Of a stretch of 64,000 bases of DNA, positions 1-10,171 are shown piece by piece. Position numbers and translations under genes: made by a program. Origin of the DNA: an uncultured delta proteobacterium (GTDB lineage: Bacteria; Desulfobacterota; BSN033; UBA1163); the NCBI GenBank assembly GCA_963827685.1, contig CAWHBU010000004.1, positions 544,001-608,000 on the forward strand, read 5' to 3'. The notes beneath the pieces were generated by a model, which was not told where the DNA came from, searched no databases, and saw only the letters and a list, made by a program, of their open reading frames with translations. Numbering within the stretch: position 1 is the first letter of the stretch; each line of letters starts with the position of its first letter.

Positions 1-864
1 GGCACAGAGGCTTTTCCCACATCCTGAAAGACCGGTGATCAAGACCCCCTTTGGGAGTTGGAGACCAAAGGACTTCCCCTCACTGCTCAACACTTTGGAC
101 CTTTTCTTCAGCCAATCTTTGAGGTTTTCCAGCCCGCCGATGTCTTCGAGAGCAGGCCGATTGGTCACCAGATTGAGGATCCCCGATTTCTTAATGAGCT
201 GCCCTTTTTCCTCAATCACCGCATCGATCAAAGAGGGATCAATGGCTGTCCTTCCGATCAGGGCACTCCGAAAGGCCCGGGCCACCTGGTCGAGAGAAAG
301 ACCAAGGGCTGCCTTCACCATCCGATCCTTCAATTCCGGTGTCAGGGATTCTGTTAACTTAGCAGCCTGGGGACTTGCGGAGACGACTCCCATCAGGGTT
401 CGCTCCACTTCCATTGCATCCGGCATGGGAAGTTCGTAGACCACCATGTCCCGCTTCAGTTCTTCTGGAACGACCAGAACAGGAGCCACGATAAAAAGCG
501 TCGCGTACCGATTTCGAAGAGCACGGTGGAGATCTTTTAACTTCCTGGGAAGGGAGAGGTCTGTCGCGAGATAGGGGTGGAGTCCCTCAAAGAGATAAAA
601 AGCCTGTTCCGTACTCTGGATCACTTTATCCAGAGCCTCAATAAAGTTCTTCGAATTCCCAATCTTTTCATTCTCCCCGACCAATCCTTGGAAAGGGTTC
701 CAGATGAAGAGTTTGGGCTTGGGTTGAAAGGTGGCGCTGAGTTCTTTGAGCAGGTCTTCGACCCGATCTTCTTCATCGGATTGGATATAGACAATGGAGG
801 TCTTCGACAGAATGAATTTCTTTAGATCTTGCAGAATTTGTTGTTTTTTAGAGGTTTCTTCCAT
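1..864 (-). CDS. AAA+ ATPase (Ycf46-like), 3' part outside window
   Basis: Not in ORF track; hand translation from ATG at 864 (MEETSKKQQILQDLKKFILSK...EDIGGLENLKDWLKKR...LPKGVLITGLSGCGKSLCA) reaches a Walker A motif at the window edge. Confidence 0.85.
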   Translation of the reverse strand, partial: MEETSKKQQILQDLKKFILSKTSIVYIQSDEEDRVEDLLKELSATFQPKPKLFIWNPFQGLVGENEKIGNSKNFIEALDKVIQSTEQAFYLFEGLHPYLATDLSLPRKLKDLHRALRNRYATLFIVAPVLVVPEELKRDMVVYELPMPDAMEVERTLMGVVSASPQAAKLTESLTPELKDRMVKAALGLSLDQVARAFRSALIGRTAIDPSLIDAVIEEKGQLIKKSGILNLVTNRPALEDIGGLENLKDWLKKRSKVLSSEGKSFGLQLPKGVLITGLSGCGKSLCA

Positions 865-976
865 AAAATTACTAAAATTATACATAAATTAATATGGGAC
901 GTCAATCTTATTTAATGTTCTTATTTAATGTTCTGGTCCAATTCGGACACTGGACTCTCGCCTGCCAAAGAACTTG

Positions 977-1010
977 CCTGCCTGCGCGAAGCCGCTCCGG
1001 CGGAGGCAGG
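977..1010. repeat. 34-bp CCTGCC...GGCAGG palindromic mini-element
   Basis: cctgcctgcgcgaagccgctccggcggaggcagg; its exact reverse complement recurs at 17173-17247, split by an insertion. Confidence 0.8.
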
Positions 1011-1224
1011 TTCGGCGAGCAGGTCAGATATTGGACATCAGATAAGCATTTCGCACAGGTTCAGATTCAGATTTAGAATTTCTCAACCTCAACCTTGGCC
1101 TCAACCTCGGGTTTCATTCTCCTGTCTGAGGTCTATAGTCTTACTGTCTGAACCAAAGAATGTTCTGAAAAGTGCTTGAATATTTGCCCGTTCTCCAATA
1201 AAATTGAAACATCAGGAGAAAACC

Positions 1225-1995
1225 ATGACCGTCCATATCGATCCGATTCTGGTTCAACTCGGGCCCATTCGCGTCAGTTGGTATGGGTTAATGTATGTTT
1301 TCGGGTTCTTCGCCTCCTATCTCCTCGTCCGGTATCAAATGAAACGAAAAGATTTCGGTGTTTCAAAACTGGACGTGGAAAATCTGTATTTTTATCTCAT
1401 TCTCGGGTTGATCATCGGGGCGCGCTTAGGGTATGTGCTATTCTATGATCTCAAGAGATATCTTAAAGATCCCCTTGAGATCTTTGCCATCTGGCATGGC
1501 GGCATGTCTTTTCATGGAGGGTTGATCGGCGTCCTCATCGTTGCGATTCTTTTTTCCTGGAAGAATAAAAAGCCGTTTTGGAAGATCGTTGACCTTTTCA
1601 TTGTCACCGCTCCGATTGGATTGGGTTTAGGGAGAATTGGTAATTTCATCAACGGGGAGCTCTATGGTCGGGTCACTCAAGTCCCCTGGGCGATGATCTT
1701 CCCAAGTGGAGGCCCCCTTCCCCGGCATCCCTCTCAACTTTATGAAAGCGCCTTGGAAGGAGGCGTCCTCTTTTTGATCCTCTGGTTTCTGAAAAATAAG
1801 AAACTTCCTGATGGCGGGCTTTTAGCAGTATTTCTTTCTCTTTATGGGGTATTTCGATTTTTTGTGGAATTATTCAGGGAACCGGACGAACAGCTTGGAT
1901 TTATCCTCGGTCCCTTTACCATGGGACAGACGCTTTCATCCTTTATGATTGTTGGGGGAATTGTCCTGTTCCTCATCTTGAAGCGCAAGGAGTAG
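1225..1995 (+). CDS. lgt: prolipoprotein diacylglyceryl transferase
   Basis: WYGLMY, IWHGGMSFHGG, GRIGNFINGELYGR and RHPSQLYE motifs; AGGAGA RBS before ATG 1225 (ORF track start 1204). Confidence 0.97.
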   Translation: MTVHIDPILVQLGPIRVSWYGLMYVFGFFASYLLVRYQMKRKDFGVSKLDVENLYFYLILGLIIGARLGYVLFYDLKRYLKDPLEIFAIWHGGMSFHGGLIGVLIVAILFSWKNKKPFWKIVDLFIVTAPIGLGLGRIGNFINGELYGRVTQVPWAMIFPSGGPLPRHPSQLYESALEGGVLFLILWFLKNKKLPDGGLLAVFLSLYGVFRFFVELFREPDEQLGFILGPFTMGQTLSSFMIVGGIVLFLILKRKE

Positions 1996-2028
1996 GGAAA
2001 CGCCCTCTTTTTTTGCGAGAGGTGATTT

Positions 2029-3453
2029 TTACTTTTTCTTTTTTGCTGTTCTCACCGGGGCAATCATTAATCGAGGATCGAGTAAACGATTTAACTCATC
2101 CCTTGAAAAAAGTCCTTCTTCTTCTACCACCTTGCGAATAGTCTTATTCTGCAGGTAAGCCTTTTTTGCGATCCGGGCTCCTTCCTCATATCCAATTTTC
2201 GGAGTCAACGCCGTGGCCAGGGCTAAACTTTTTTCAATCATCTCTTCGCAACGCTTACGATCTGCCTTCAATCCCTGGATGCATTTTTTCGAAAAGGGGT
2301 TCACCGCATTGGCGAGGAGGTGAATGGATTGCAATAAATTGTAAACGATCAATGGCATCATGACATTCAGTTCAAAATTGCCGCTGAGCCCCGCCAGGGT
2401 AACGGCGGAGTCATTTCCAATCACTTGAACGCATACCTGGATGAGGGATTCTGGGATAACAGGATTGACTTTCCCCGGCATGATCGAAGAGCCAGGCTGG
2501 GTGTCCGGGAGACGAAGTTCCCCAATCCCACACCGAGGGCCCGAACCCAGCCACCGGATGTCGTTAGCGATTTTAATCAGACTCACTGCCACTGTTTTCA
2601 GAGTTCCGCTCATTTCTACCAGGGCGTCTCGTGCACCCTGAGCCTCAAAATGGTCGGTCGCCTCATCGAAGCGATAACCTGTCTCCTTATTCATGAGGGC
2701 GATGGATTTCTTGGCAAAAAAGGGATGGGTATTGATCCCTGTCCCAACGGCGGTTCCTCCCAAAGGAAGTTCAGAGAGGGACTTCATGCCATTCTCGATT
2801 CTGTGAATTCCCAATTCGACCTGGCGCGCATAGCCTCCAAATTCCTGGCCCAGGCGAATCGGCGTGGCGTCTTGGAGATGCGTTCTTCCAATTTTAAGGG
2901 TGGAATAGAATTCTCTTCGCTTAACCTTTAAAGCCTTATGGAGATCGCTCAGGGCCGGGAGGAGTTTTTGCCGGAGGAGGGTGACCGAGGCAATGTGGAT
3001 AGAAGAAGGGAAGACATCATTGGTCGATTGACCCAGATTCACATGGTCATTGGGATGGACAGGCCGATAGATCCCTCTTTTGCTTCCCAAAATTGCATTG
3101 GCACGATTGGCAATCACCTCGTTCGCATTCATGTTGGTGGAAGTTCCGGAGCCGGTCTGAAAGATATCCACCACAAATTGTTCGTCCCACTTTCCCTCCA
3201 TCACCTCTTGAGAGGCCTGTGCGATGGCCCTGGCGACTCTCTTTCCCAGGAGGCCCAGCTCAGAATTCGTCTTGGCCGCAGCAAATTTGATCAGACCCAG
3301 GGCATAGATAAATTCCCTCTGAAATCTCCAACCACTGATCGGAAAATTCTCAATCGCCCTTTGGGTCTGAGCGCCATAGTAAGCTTCTTTGGGGACCCTG
3401 ACCGGGCCCATCGAATCTTTCTCAATTCGGTATTTTTGATCTGAGCTCGTCAT
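2029..3453 (-). CDS. fumC: class II fumarate hydratase
   Basis: GSSIMPGKVNP signature, QTGSGTSTNMNANEV, KIGRTHLQDATP. Confidence 0.95.
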   Translation of the reverse strand: MTSSDQKYRIEKDSMGPVRVPKEAYYGAQTQRAIENFPISGWRFQREFIYALGLIKFAAAKTNSELGLLGKRVARAIAQASQEVMEGKWDEQFVVDIFQTGSGTSTNMNANEVIANRANAILGSKRGIYRPVHPNDHVNLGQSTNDVFPSSIHIASVTLLRQKLLPALSDLHKALKVKRREFYSTLKIGRTHLQDATPIRLGQEFGGYARQVELGIHRIENGMKSLSELPLGGTAVGTGINTHPFFAKKSIALMNKETGYRFDEATDHFEAQGARDALVEMSGTLKTVAVSLIKIANDIRWLGSGPRCGIGELRLPDTQPGSSIMPGKVNPVIPESLIQVCVQVIGNDSAVTLAGLSGNFELNVMMPLIVYNLLQSIHLLANAVNPFSKKCIQGLKADRKRCEEMIEKSLALATALTPKIGYEEGARIAKKAYLQNKTIRKVVEEEGLFSRDELNRLLDPRLMIAPVRTAKKKK

Positions 3454-3516
3454 CTTTGGCCTCCTTCTTGTAACTCGTTCTGGTTAGTTCGTCTGACGGA
3501 GAAGAGAAGAATTCCT

Positions 3517-3978
3517 TTATTTTCGAAGCAGGCGTCTATCAAATATATAACGTTCGACACCGGAAATAACCACTCTGTTCATGTCCGGATGTTTTGGATT
3601 GATCAGTATGTTGAATTCATCCGGGACAACCACCGAAGGGACACGGAGCAAAAGTGAACGCATGGCTATGGCCCATTCGGATCCCAATTCAGCCAATTCT
3701 GGAGGGGCGGGGTAGTGCCGCCAATTCTTTGGCAGATCGGCTATCGAGATCTGTTCAACAATGATGTCATCCGGTATATCAAGACAGGCGATGCTTAGAT
3801 TGTTCGGTAGCAGGGATAAAGGGACATGGACCAAAAATTCCAATGTAGCAAGCGATCTATTTTCTGAGGCATAAACGACAGGGATATCCTTTCGATTCCA
3901 TCTTCCCCCATGCAACCTTGCTCCGGTTCCTGATAGATCGCGAATGGATCGAGTTTTAGCAATCCGGAAGACTTGCAC
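3517..3978 (-). CDS. RES-domain toxin (putative NAD+ phosphorylase)
   Basis: GARLHGGRWN, YASE..SLATLE, LRVPSVVV, NILINPKHP. Confidence 0.9.
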   Translation of the reverse strand: MQVFRIAKTRSIRDLSGTGARLHGGRWNRKDIPVVYASENRSLATLEFLVHVPLSLLPNNLSIACLDIPDDIIVEQISIADLPKNWRHYPAPPELAELGSEWAIAMRSLLLRVPSVVVPDEFNILINPKHPDMNRVVISGVERYIFDRRLLRK

Positions 3979-4409
3979 TAAGAGAGCACCCCTTGCTCGA
4001 TTCGCCCAAGTTCATCGAGGACCATTTGCGTCCCGAACCTTGAGCTCAGCAGGTTGAGAGGCGTTCTATTCCCGAGTGCAACATTGGGTTGTTTCATCCA
4101 GAGGAGAAATTGGTTTTTATCTTCAAAGACCTCAACCCCTTTTGCAACCACTTCGGCAATTTGTAAAATCTGTTCTGATACGGCGCGATTAAAATGTTGG
4201 CGAGAGTTGTATCTTTGTATGGTCCGGCCGCTGATCGGCAGAAGCGCCGCAATTTGATCTATCGGAAAAGACAAATATCTCGCGAGATTCAACAGGGCAC
4301 TTTTCGTCACCCCGTGATCACTCAACGCGATCAAGTCCTGCCGCTTCTGTATTCTCATATGAAGCACCCTTTGTCCGCCTAATATTCTTTCAATGGCAGA
4401 TAATTGCAT
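3978..4409 (-). CDS. Xre/MbcA/ParS antitoxin of RES-Xre TA pair
   Basis: HTH plus C-terminal W...PNVALG..PL.LL.S.FG..MV..EL.RIE.G; GGAGG RBS before ATG 4409; overlaps the toxin start. Confidence 0.9.
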   Translation of the reverse strand: MQLSAIERILGGQRVLHMRIQKRQDLIALSDHGVTKSALLNLARYLSFPIDQIAALLPISGRTIQRYNSRQHFNRAVSEQILQIAEVVAKGVEVFEDKNQFLLWMKQPNVALGNRTPLNLLSSRFGTQMVLDELGRIEQGVLS

Positions 4410-4429
4410 GTGGCCTCCTCCGTTCGATA

Positions 4430-4462
4430 GGACATTTGTCATAATTATAATGACATATGTCG
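4430..4462. promoter_or_regulatory. putative autoregulatory operator of RES-Xre
   Basis: two palindromes GACATTTGTC / GACATATGTC just upstream of the antitoxin. Confidence 0.5.
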
Positions 4463-4666
4463 CAATTCTTTGTCAAGAAAATAATGACGGAGTGGAATGT
4501 CTTAAGATTTTAGGTGCTTCGAGTAACGCTGCGGGAGATTCGATTGACAAATCCGAGGGCCATCGATTATCATTCTTGAAATTTCTGAAATAATCCGGGA
4601 ATCTGAGAGAACGTGAAATTTTTTTCTGAGTTTTCTTCTTTTACGAGATTGTTGGAAAGGGGATCG

Positions 4667-6610
4667 ATGGGCAAGAATCTTGTACAGAAAATCTTTGAGA
4701 CACACCTGGCCACGGGAAGATTGGTGCCTCATGAAGATATTGCCGTTGCCATTGACCAGACCCTCACGCAAGATGCCACCGGTACGATGGCATCCCTTCA
4801 ATTTGAGGCTTTAGGAATCCCGATAGTCAGAACAGGATTCTCGATCAGTTATGTCGACCACAACATGCTCCAGACCGGATTTGAGAATGCCGATGACCAT
4901 CGATTTCTGCAAACCTTTGCCTCAAAATATGGGGTCTTCTTCTCCAAACCCGGCAATGGCATCTGCCATCAGGTTCATTTGGAGCGTTTTGCAAAGCCCG
5001 GAGAGATCCTTCTCGGTTCGGATAGCCATACTCCCAATGCCGGCGCAATGGGAATGATTGCGATTGGAGTAGGAGGGCTTGATGTCGCCCTGGCCATGGC
5101 GGGCGAGCCTTACTACCTCAAGATGCCCCAAATTGTTTTGGTGAGTTTGAAGGGGAAGCTTCCCCCTTGGGTGGCCTCAAAAGATATCATGCTGGAACTG
5201 CTGAGACGATTAACGGTCAGAGGAGGTGTGGAAAAGATCTTCGAATTCGGAGGGCCAGGGGTAAGGACGCTCTCCATCCCGGAAAGAGCCACGATTGCCA
5301 ATTTAGGAGCAGAACTGGGAGCCACCACCACGATCTTCCCGAGCGATGCAAGAACCCTCGAATTCCTGAGGGCGCAAGGGAGGAAGAAAGATTGGATTCC
5401 CCTCGAGCCGGATAAAGATGCGGAATACGACCAGGTGATTGAAATCGATCTCCGCGAGTTAGAGCCTCTCATCGCTCAACCCTCCAGCCCGGACCAGGTC
5501 TGTTCTGCCAGAGAAGTGGCCGGGATGGCAGTTAAACAGGTCTGCATCGGGAGTTGCAACAATTCCTCCTATTTCGATTTGATGGCGGTGGCCAAAATCG
5601 TAAAGGGGAAAAAGATTCATCCGGATGTCAGCCTCACCATCACCCCTGGATCAAAACAGGTCTTTGAGATGATTGATCGAGAAGGAGCTTTGGCCGACCT
5701 GATCAGTGCCGGGGCTCGCATTCTCGAAGCAACCTGCGGTCCCTGCATTGGAATGGGTCAGGCTCCTCCCTCGCATGTCATTTCCATCCGGACAATGAAT
5801 CGAAATTTTCCAGGCCGAAGCGGAACACCTGAGGATCAAGTTTATTTAGCCAGTCCCTATGTGGCCATCGCCTGTGCCTTGGAGGGATCTATCACGGATC
5901 CAAGAAAATTGGGTCCAAGACCACCCCGTGTTCCCATGCCCCCCAAATTTTTAGTTGATGACAGTCTGATCCTTCCTCCCTCTTCAAGGCCGGAGAAAGT
6001 GGCGATCGAGCGGGGGCCGAATATCAAACCTCTGCCCCTTCGTGGCCCCCTGGAAGATTTCATGGAAGGGTCGGTCATTTTGAAAGTGGGGGACAATATT
6101 AGCACCGATGATATCCTTCCTGCCGGAGCAAAGGTCCTTCCTCTCCGATCCAATATTCCTGCCATTTCGGAATACCTCTTCGAGAGGATCGATGCCCGTT
6201 TCGTCAAGAGGACAAAGCAATTGGGGGGTGGATTTGTGGTGGGAGGTGAAAATTATGGACAGGGTTCGAGTCGGGAGCATGCGGCTCTGGCTCCGATGTA
6301 CCTTGGGATCAGAGCCATCCTGACAATATCCTATGCCCGCATCCATCGTTCCAATCTGATCAACTTCGGAATTCTTCCTTTGGCCTTTAAAGACCCTGAT
6401 GAGTTTTCAAGGATTCAACAGGGAGATTCCCTCCGAATCACGAATCTGCGGAAAGGACTGAAGGTTGACAGTCTTCTCATGATTGAAAACGAGACACAAA
6501 AGAGGTCCTTTGAAGTCTTGCACGGGCTCAACGGGCGAGAAACGGAGATTCTCCTTGCCGGAGGGTTGCTCAACTATACTGCTTCCTCGGCAATAAAACG
6601 TCAATCCTAA
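4667..6610 (+). CDS. acnA: aconitate hydratase
   Basis: TQDATGTM, GICHQVHLE, GSDSHT, IGSCNNS, CGPCIGMG, NYGQGSSREHAA; likely ATG 4667 (ORF track 4613). Confidence 0.92.
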   Translation: MGKNLVQKIFETHLATGRLVPHEDIAVAIDQTLTQDATGTMASLQFEALGIPIVRTGFSISYVDHNMLQTGFENADDHRFLQTFASKYGVFFSKPGNGICHQVHLERFAKPGEILLGSDSHTPNAGAMGMIAIGVGGLDVALAMAGEPYYLKMPQIVLVSLKGKLPPWVASKDIMLELLRRLTVRGGVEKIFEFGGPGVRTLSIPERATIANLGAELGATTTIFPSDARTLEFLRAQGRKKDWIPLEPDKDAEYDQVIEIDLRELEPLIAQPSSPDQVCSAREVAGMAVKQVCIGSCNNSSYFDLMAVAKIVKGKKIHPDVSLTITPGSKQVFEMIDREGALADLISAGARILEATCGPCIGMGQAPPSHVISIRTMNRNFPGRSGTPEDQVYLASPYVAIACALEGSITDPRKLGPRPPRVPMPPKFLVDDSLILPPSSRPEKVAIERGPNIKPLPLRGPLEDFMEGSVILKVGDNISTDDILPAGAKVLPLRSNIPAISEYLFERIDARFVKRTKQLGGGFVVGGENYGQGSSREHAALAPMYLGIRAILTISYARIHRSNLINFGILPLAFKDPDEFSRIQQGDSLRITNLRKGLKVDSLLMIENETQKRSFEVLHGLNGRETEILLAGGLLNYTASSAIKRQS

Positions 6611-6721
6611 AGCCTCTTTTTCAGAACTGACAGATTCTATCCAAAATACAGGTTTTTTTTACGGCAAAATACAGAACAAACCCTATTTATTTCTCAATCC
6701 ACTTTCTGTAATTCTATAATG

Positions 6722-6982
6722 TAATCCTTCAGAAGCTGTGAAAAATTGGCGGTCAGTGCCTCGGCCCATAAGAATGGACGTCTTGTCGAAGCTTTAGGAT
6801 TGCGGGTCGTCAATGTTATGGGTAACCTTCCTCTTCAGTAAAACAGAGTAATGATCCAGGGTTAGGCCCTGTAATTTGATTTCAGAGGTTCCGCGCTAAA
6901 GCTTCTCCAATCCGCCCATTCTCGTGGGCCGGAACGGTGCTGGTTCCGGGAAAATATTTTTTTCACAGTTTCTGAGGGATTA
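6722..6982. mobile_element. MITE-like element with 24-bp imperfect terminal inverted repeats
   Basis: taatccttcagaagctgtgaaaaa (6722-6745) pairs with tttttcacagtttctgagggatta (6959-6982), 2 mismatches; no ORF of 60 aa or more inside. Confidence 0.65.
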
Positions 6983-7045
6983 TTCTAAAACGGATTTTAG
7001 CATTGATGTTTTTACCGTGACGATGTACATTCATTTCAGGGGGCG

Positions 7046-8251
7046 ATGAGGGAGGATTCGAAAAAGATGAAAGAGATCACGGAGACAAAGAACATCGGCC
7101 TTCGGGGAGTCAAGGTGGCGGATACCCGCATCTCGGATGTCGATGGGGAGAGAGGGCTTCTCATTTATCGAGGTCTCAATATCTGTGACCTTGTCGTCCA
7201 TTCCACCTATGAGGAGGTTTCGTTTCTTCTGCTCAATGACCATCTCCCTGCAGCAGAAGAGTTGAAAGGGTTTCAGTCAGCCCTCATCTCAGAAAGAGAG
7301 GTTCCTGAGGCCGTCCATCGATTCATGAGGATGATGCCCAGTACGACTCATCCCATGGATATATTGCAGGCGGCTGTTCCTGTTTTGGCGAGCGATGATC
7401 TCCGGTTGCACGATGAATCGAGGGAGGCAAATTTGAAAAAGGCAATCCGACTGATTGCCAAATTGCCAAACGTCGTTGCCGCATGGGATCGTATTCGAAA
7501 GGGGAAAAAAGCGGTTCGTCCCGATCCTGAACTCACCCATGCAGGAAACTTCTTATACATGTTATCCGGTTCTCTTCCCAACCCAGGAACAGCCAAGGAT
7601 TTTGACACTTGCCTGATTCTTCATGCCGAACATTCTTTCAACGCTTCCACCTTTGCTGCTCGGGAGGTCGCTTCGACCCACGCCCATCTTTATGCCGCTG
7701 TGGCGGCCGCGATCGGAGCGCTTTCCGGAGAACTCCATGGAGGAGCAAACAGCGAGGTGATGAAGATGCTTCTGGAAATCGGAGAGATGAATCGTGTGAA
7801 ATCCTGGGTTTCTGAGAGACTCCAAAAAGGAGGAAAAGTGATGGGCATGGGCCATGCGGTTTACCACACCGAAGACCCCCGGGCGACGATCCTCAGGGAG
7901 ATTTGCATCCGGCTGGCGGATCGTACAGGAGATCGGAAATGGTTTGAATTGACGAAGGCGGTTGAGGCAGCTACCAAGGAGGATTTTAGAAAGTTGAAAG
8001 GGAGAGAGATCTATCCCAATGTCGATTTCTACAGCGCCTCGGTCTATTATATGATGGGAATCTCGTTAGACCTCTTCACCCCTGTTTTTGCTGTGTCACG
8101 GATTTCAGGTTGGGCAGCCCATGTCATCGAAGAGAAGTTTGCTGAAGCCCAACCCAAACCCGAACTCTATCGTCCGGATGCGGATTATGTGGGGTCCTAT
8201 TGTGGTCCCCAGGCATGTCCCTATATTCCCATTGAAGAGCGATCGAAATGA
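7046..8251 (+). CDS. gltA: citrate synthase (type II / 2-methylcitrate synthase family)
   Basis: GLRGV, LHAEHSFNASTF, LSGELHGGAN, GMGHAVY..DPRA, YPNVDFYS. Confidence 0.93.
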   Translation: MREDSKKMKEITETKNIGLRGVKVADTRISDVDGERGLLIYRGLNICDLVVHSTYEEVSFLLLNDHLPAAEELKGFQSALISEREVPEAVHRFMRMMPSTTHPMDILQAAVPVLASDDLRLHDESREANLKKAIRLIAKLPNVVAAWDRIRKGKKAVRPDPELTHAGNFLYMLSGSLPNPGTAKDFDTCLILHAEHSFNASTFAAREVASTHAHLYAAVAAAIGALSGELHGGANSEVMKMLLEIGEMNRVKSWVSERLQKGGKVMGMGHAVYHTEDPRATILREICIRLADRTGDRKWFELTKAVEAATKEDFRKLKGREIYPNVDFYSASVYYMMGISLDLFTPVFAVSRISGWAAHVIEEKFAEAQPKPELYRPDADYVGSYCGPQACPYIPIEERSK

Positions 8252-9972
8252 CCTTCCAACACGATATCATCATTGTGGGAGCTGGCTTGGCAGGACTTCG
8301 GGCAGCGGTCGAGTGTGTGGGCCAGGCCGATGTGGCGATCGTGAGCAAGGTTTTCCCTACGCGATCCCATTCCGGAGCGGCCCAGGGAGGGATCACTGCC
8401 CCTCTCGGCAATGAGGAGGAGGATCATTGGGAATGGTATTTCTATGACACCGTCAAGGGAGGCGACTACTTGGGAGATCAGGATGCCATCGAGATCCTGG
8501 TCAAGGATTCGCCGCGGGCCATCTATGAATTGGAGCACATGGGAGTGCCGTTCAGCCGTACCGCCGAGGGGAAGATCGCCCAACGGAACTTCGGCGGTCA
8601 TACGCGTGACTATGGTAAGAAACCCGTCAAGAGGGCCTGCTATGCTGCAGACCATACCGGAAGAGTCGTCCTCGACACGCTTTTTGATCAGTGCCTACGG
8701 CATCAGGCCAAATTCTATTCGGAACACTACCTTCTTTCCCTGATCATGGACAAAAGGAGATGTGTGGGGGTAGTGACCTATGATCTCGCCACGGGAGAAC
8801 TTCAGCTCCTTCAGGCCAAAGCCGTTCTCTTGGCCACTGGGGGGTGCGGAAAAATTTACAGGACGACCTCCAATGGCAATGCGACCACCGGAGAGGCCTT
8901 CACCTTGGTCTACCATTTGGGAATTCCTCTCGAAGACATGGAGTTTGTCCAGTTTCATCCCACAGGCCTTTATCCTTTAGGCATCCTGGTGAGCGAAGCG
9001 GCAAGAGGCGAGGGCGGGCTCTTGCGAAACCAGTTGGGCGAGCGTTTTATGGAGCGATACGCACCCACCGTAAAGGATCTGGCGGCAAGAGATGTCGTCT
9101 CCAGAGCCATTCTCACGGAGATTCGTGAGGGGAGGGGGATTGGCGGAAAGGATTATGTCCACCTCGACCTCACTCATCTTGGAGAGCAAAAGATTCAGGA
9201 GAAACTCTGGGAAATTGCCTCCTTTGTCAGAATCTACACAGGAATCGATCCGGTCTACGATCCCGTTCCGGTGGCACCCACCTGCCATTATATGATGGGA
9301 GGCATTCCTACAGACGTCGATGGCAGGGTGTTGGCCGATGAGACGGGTTCGATCGTGCCGGGATTGTATGCAGCAGGAGAATGCGCGTGTGTATCGGTTC
9401 ACGGCGCGACCCGGCTCGGCTGCAATTCTCTCCTCGATCTCCTCGTCTTTGGCCGGAGAAGCGGGTTGGCGATGAAGGAAAGAATTAAAAAGGCTGATGT
9501 TCCATCCGTGTCGATGGATGCTCTGAAGCCATCGGAAGAGAAGATCGCCCGACTATTGACTCATCCAGGTCAAGAAAAAATCGATCCACTCAGGAAAAGG
9601 ATGCGGTCTGTGATGATGGAATATGGTTCGGTCTTTCGAGATGAGGATGGTTTGAAAAAGGGGATGGACGAAATCCAAAATCTGAAAGAACGTTACAAAG
9701 AGATTGGGATCGTGAACAAAGGGAAGGTCTTCAATTATGAATTGATGGAGGCGATCGAACTGGGCCATCAGCTTGAGCTCTCGGAGGTCATCCTTTATAG
9801 CGCCCTCGGTCGAAAGGAGAGCCGGGGAGCTCACTACCGGGAGGATTTCCCATCGCGGGCAGATCGATACTTTCTGAAGCATACCTTTGCTTTTCACACC
9901 CCGAAAGGGCCGGAGGTGAGGTATAAACCGGTGAAGATCACCCGATTTCAACCTGAAGCAAGGGTCTATTAA
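8248..9972 (+). CDS. sdhA: succinate dehydrogenase/fumarate reductase flavoprotein
   Basis: GAGLAG, RSHSGAAQGG, QFHPTG, SEAARGEGG, HYMMGG, ESRGAHYREDFP. Confidence 0.95.
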   Translation: MTFQHDIIIVGAGLAGLRAAVECVGQADVAIVSKVFPTRSHSGAAQGGITAPLGNEEEDHWEWYFYDTVKGGDYLGDQDAIEILVKDSPRAIYELEHMGVPFSRTAEGKIAQRNFGGHTRDYGKKPVKRACYAADHTGRVVLDTLFDQCLRHQAKFYSEHYLLSLIMDKRRCVGVVTYDLATGELQLLQAKAVLLATGGCGKIYRTTSNGNATTGEAFTLVYHLGIPLEDMEFVQFHPTGLYPLGILVSEAARGEGGLLRNQLGERFMERYAPTVKDLAARDVVSRAILTEIREGRGIGGKDYVHLDLTHLGEQKIQEKLWEIASFVRIYTGIDPVYDPVPVAPTCHYMMGGIPTDVDGRVLADETGSIVPGLYAAGECACVSVHGATRLGCNSLLDLLVFGRRSGLAMKERIKKADVPSVSMDALKPSEEKIARLLTHPGQEKIDPLRKRMRSVMMEYGSVFRDEDGLKKGMDEIQNLKERYKEIGIVNKGKVFNYELMEAIELGHQLELSEVILYSALGRKESRGAHYREDFPSRADRYFLKHTFAFHTPKGPEVRYKPVKITRFQPEARVY

Positions 9973-10085
9973 GAAAATTTCGGATTGCGGATTGCGGATT
10001 GAAGAATGGCGAAATATGAATCTGTTTATGATGAATGGGATAAATAGCTAATGCAGTGATTCAGAGAAATCTCTTTTCTTTATTT

Positions 10086-10145
10086 GTCATTCCGGGCTTG
10101 ACCCGGAATCCAGTGTTTCTAGGCTGGATTCCCGCCTTGCGGGAT
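10086..10145. repeat. REP-like palindrome (GTCATTCCGG...GGATTCCCG family)
   Basis: gtcattccgggcttgacccggaatccag...ctggattcccgc hairpin between sdhA and sdhB. Confidence 0.6.
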
Positions 10146-10171
10146 GAAGCAATCTCGGTGCGGGGTTATCA

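Noticed and set aside
1058-1110. 6-8-mer degenerate tandem repeats (also near 9980, 39540, 44490, 46490, 49620)
   Set aside because: Common low-complexity intergenic repeats; no evidence of a distinct function
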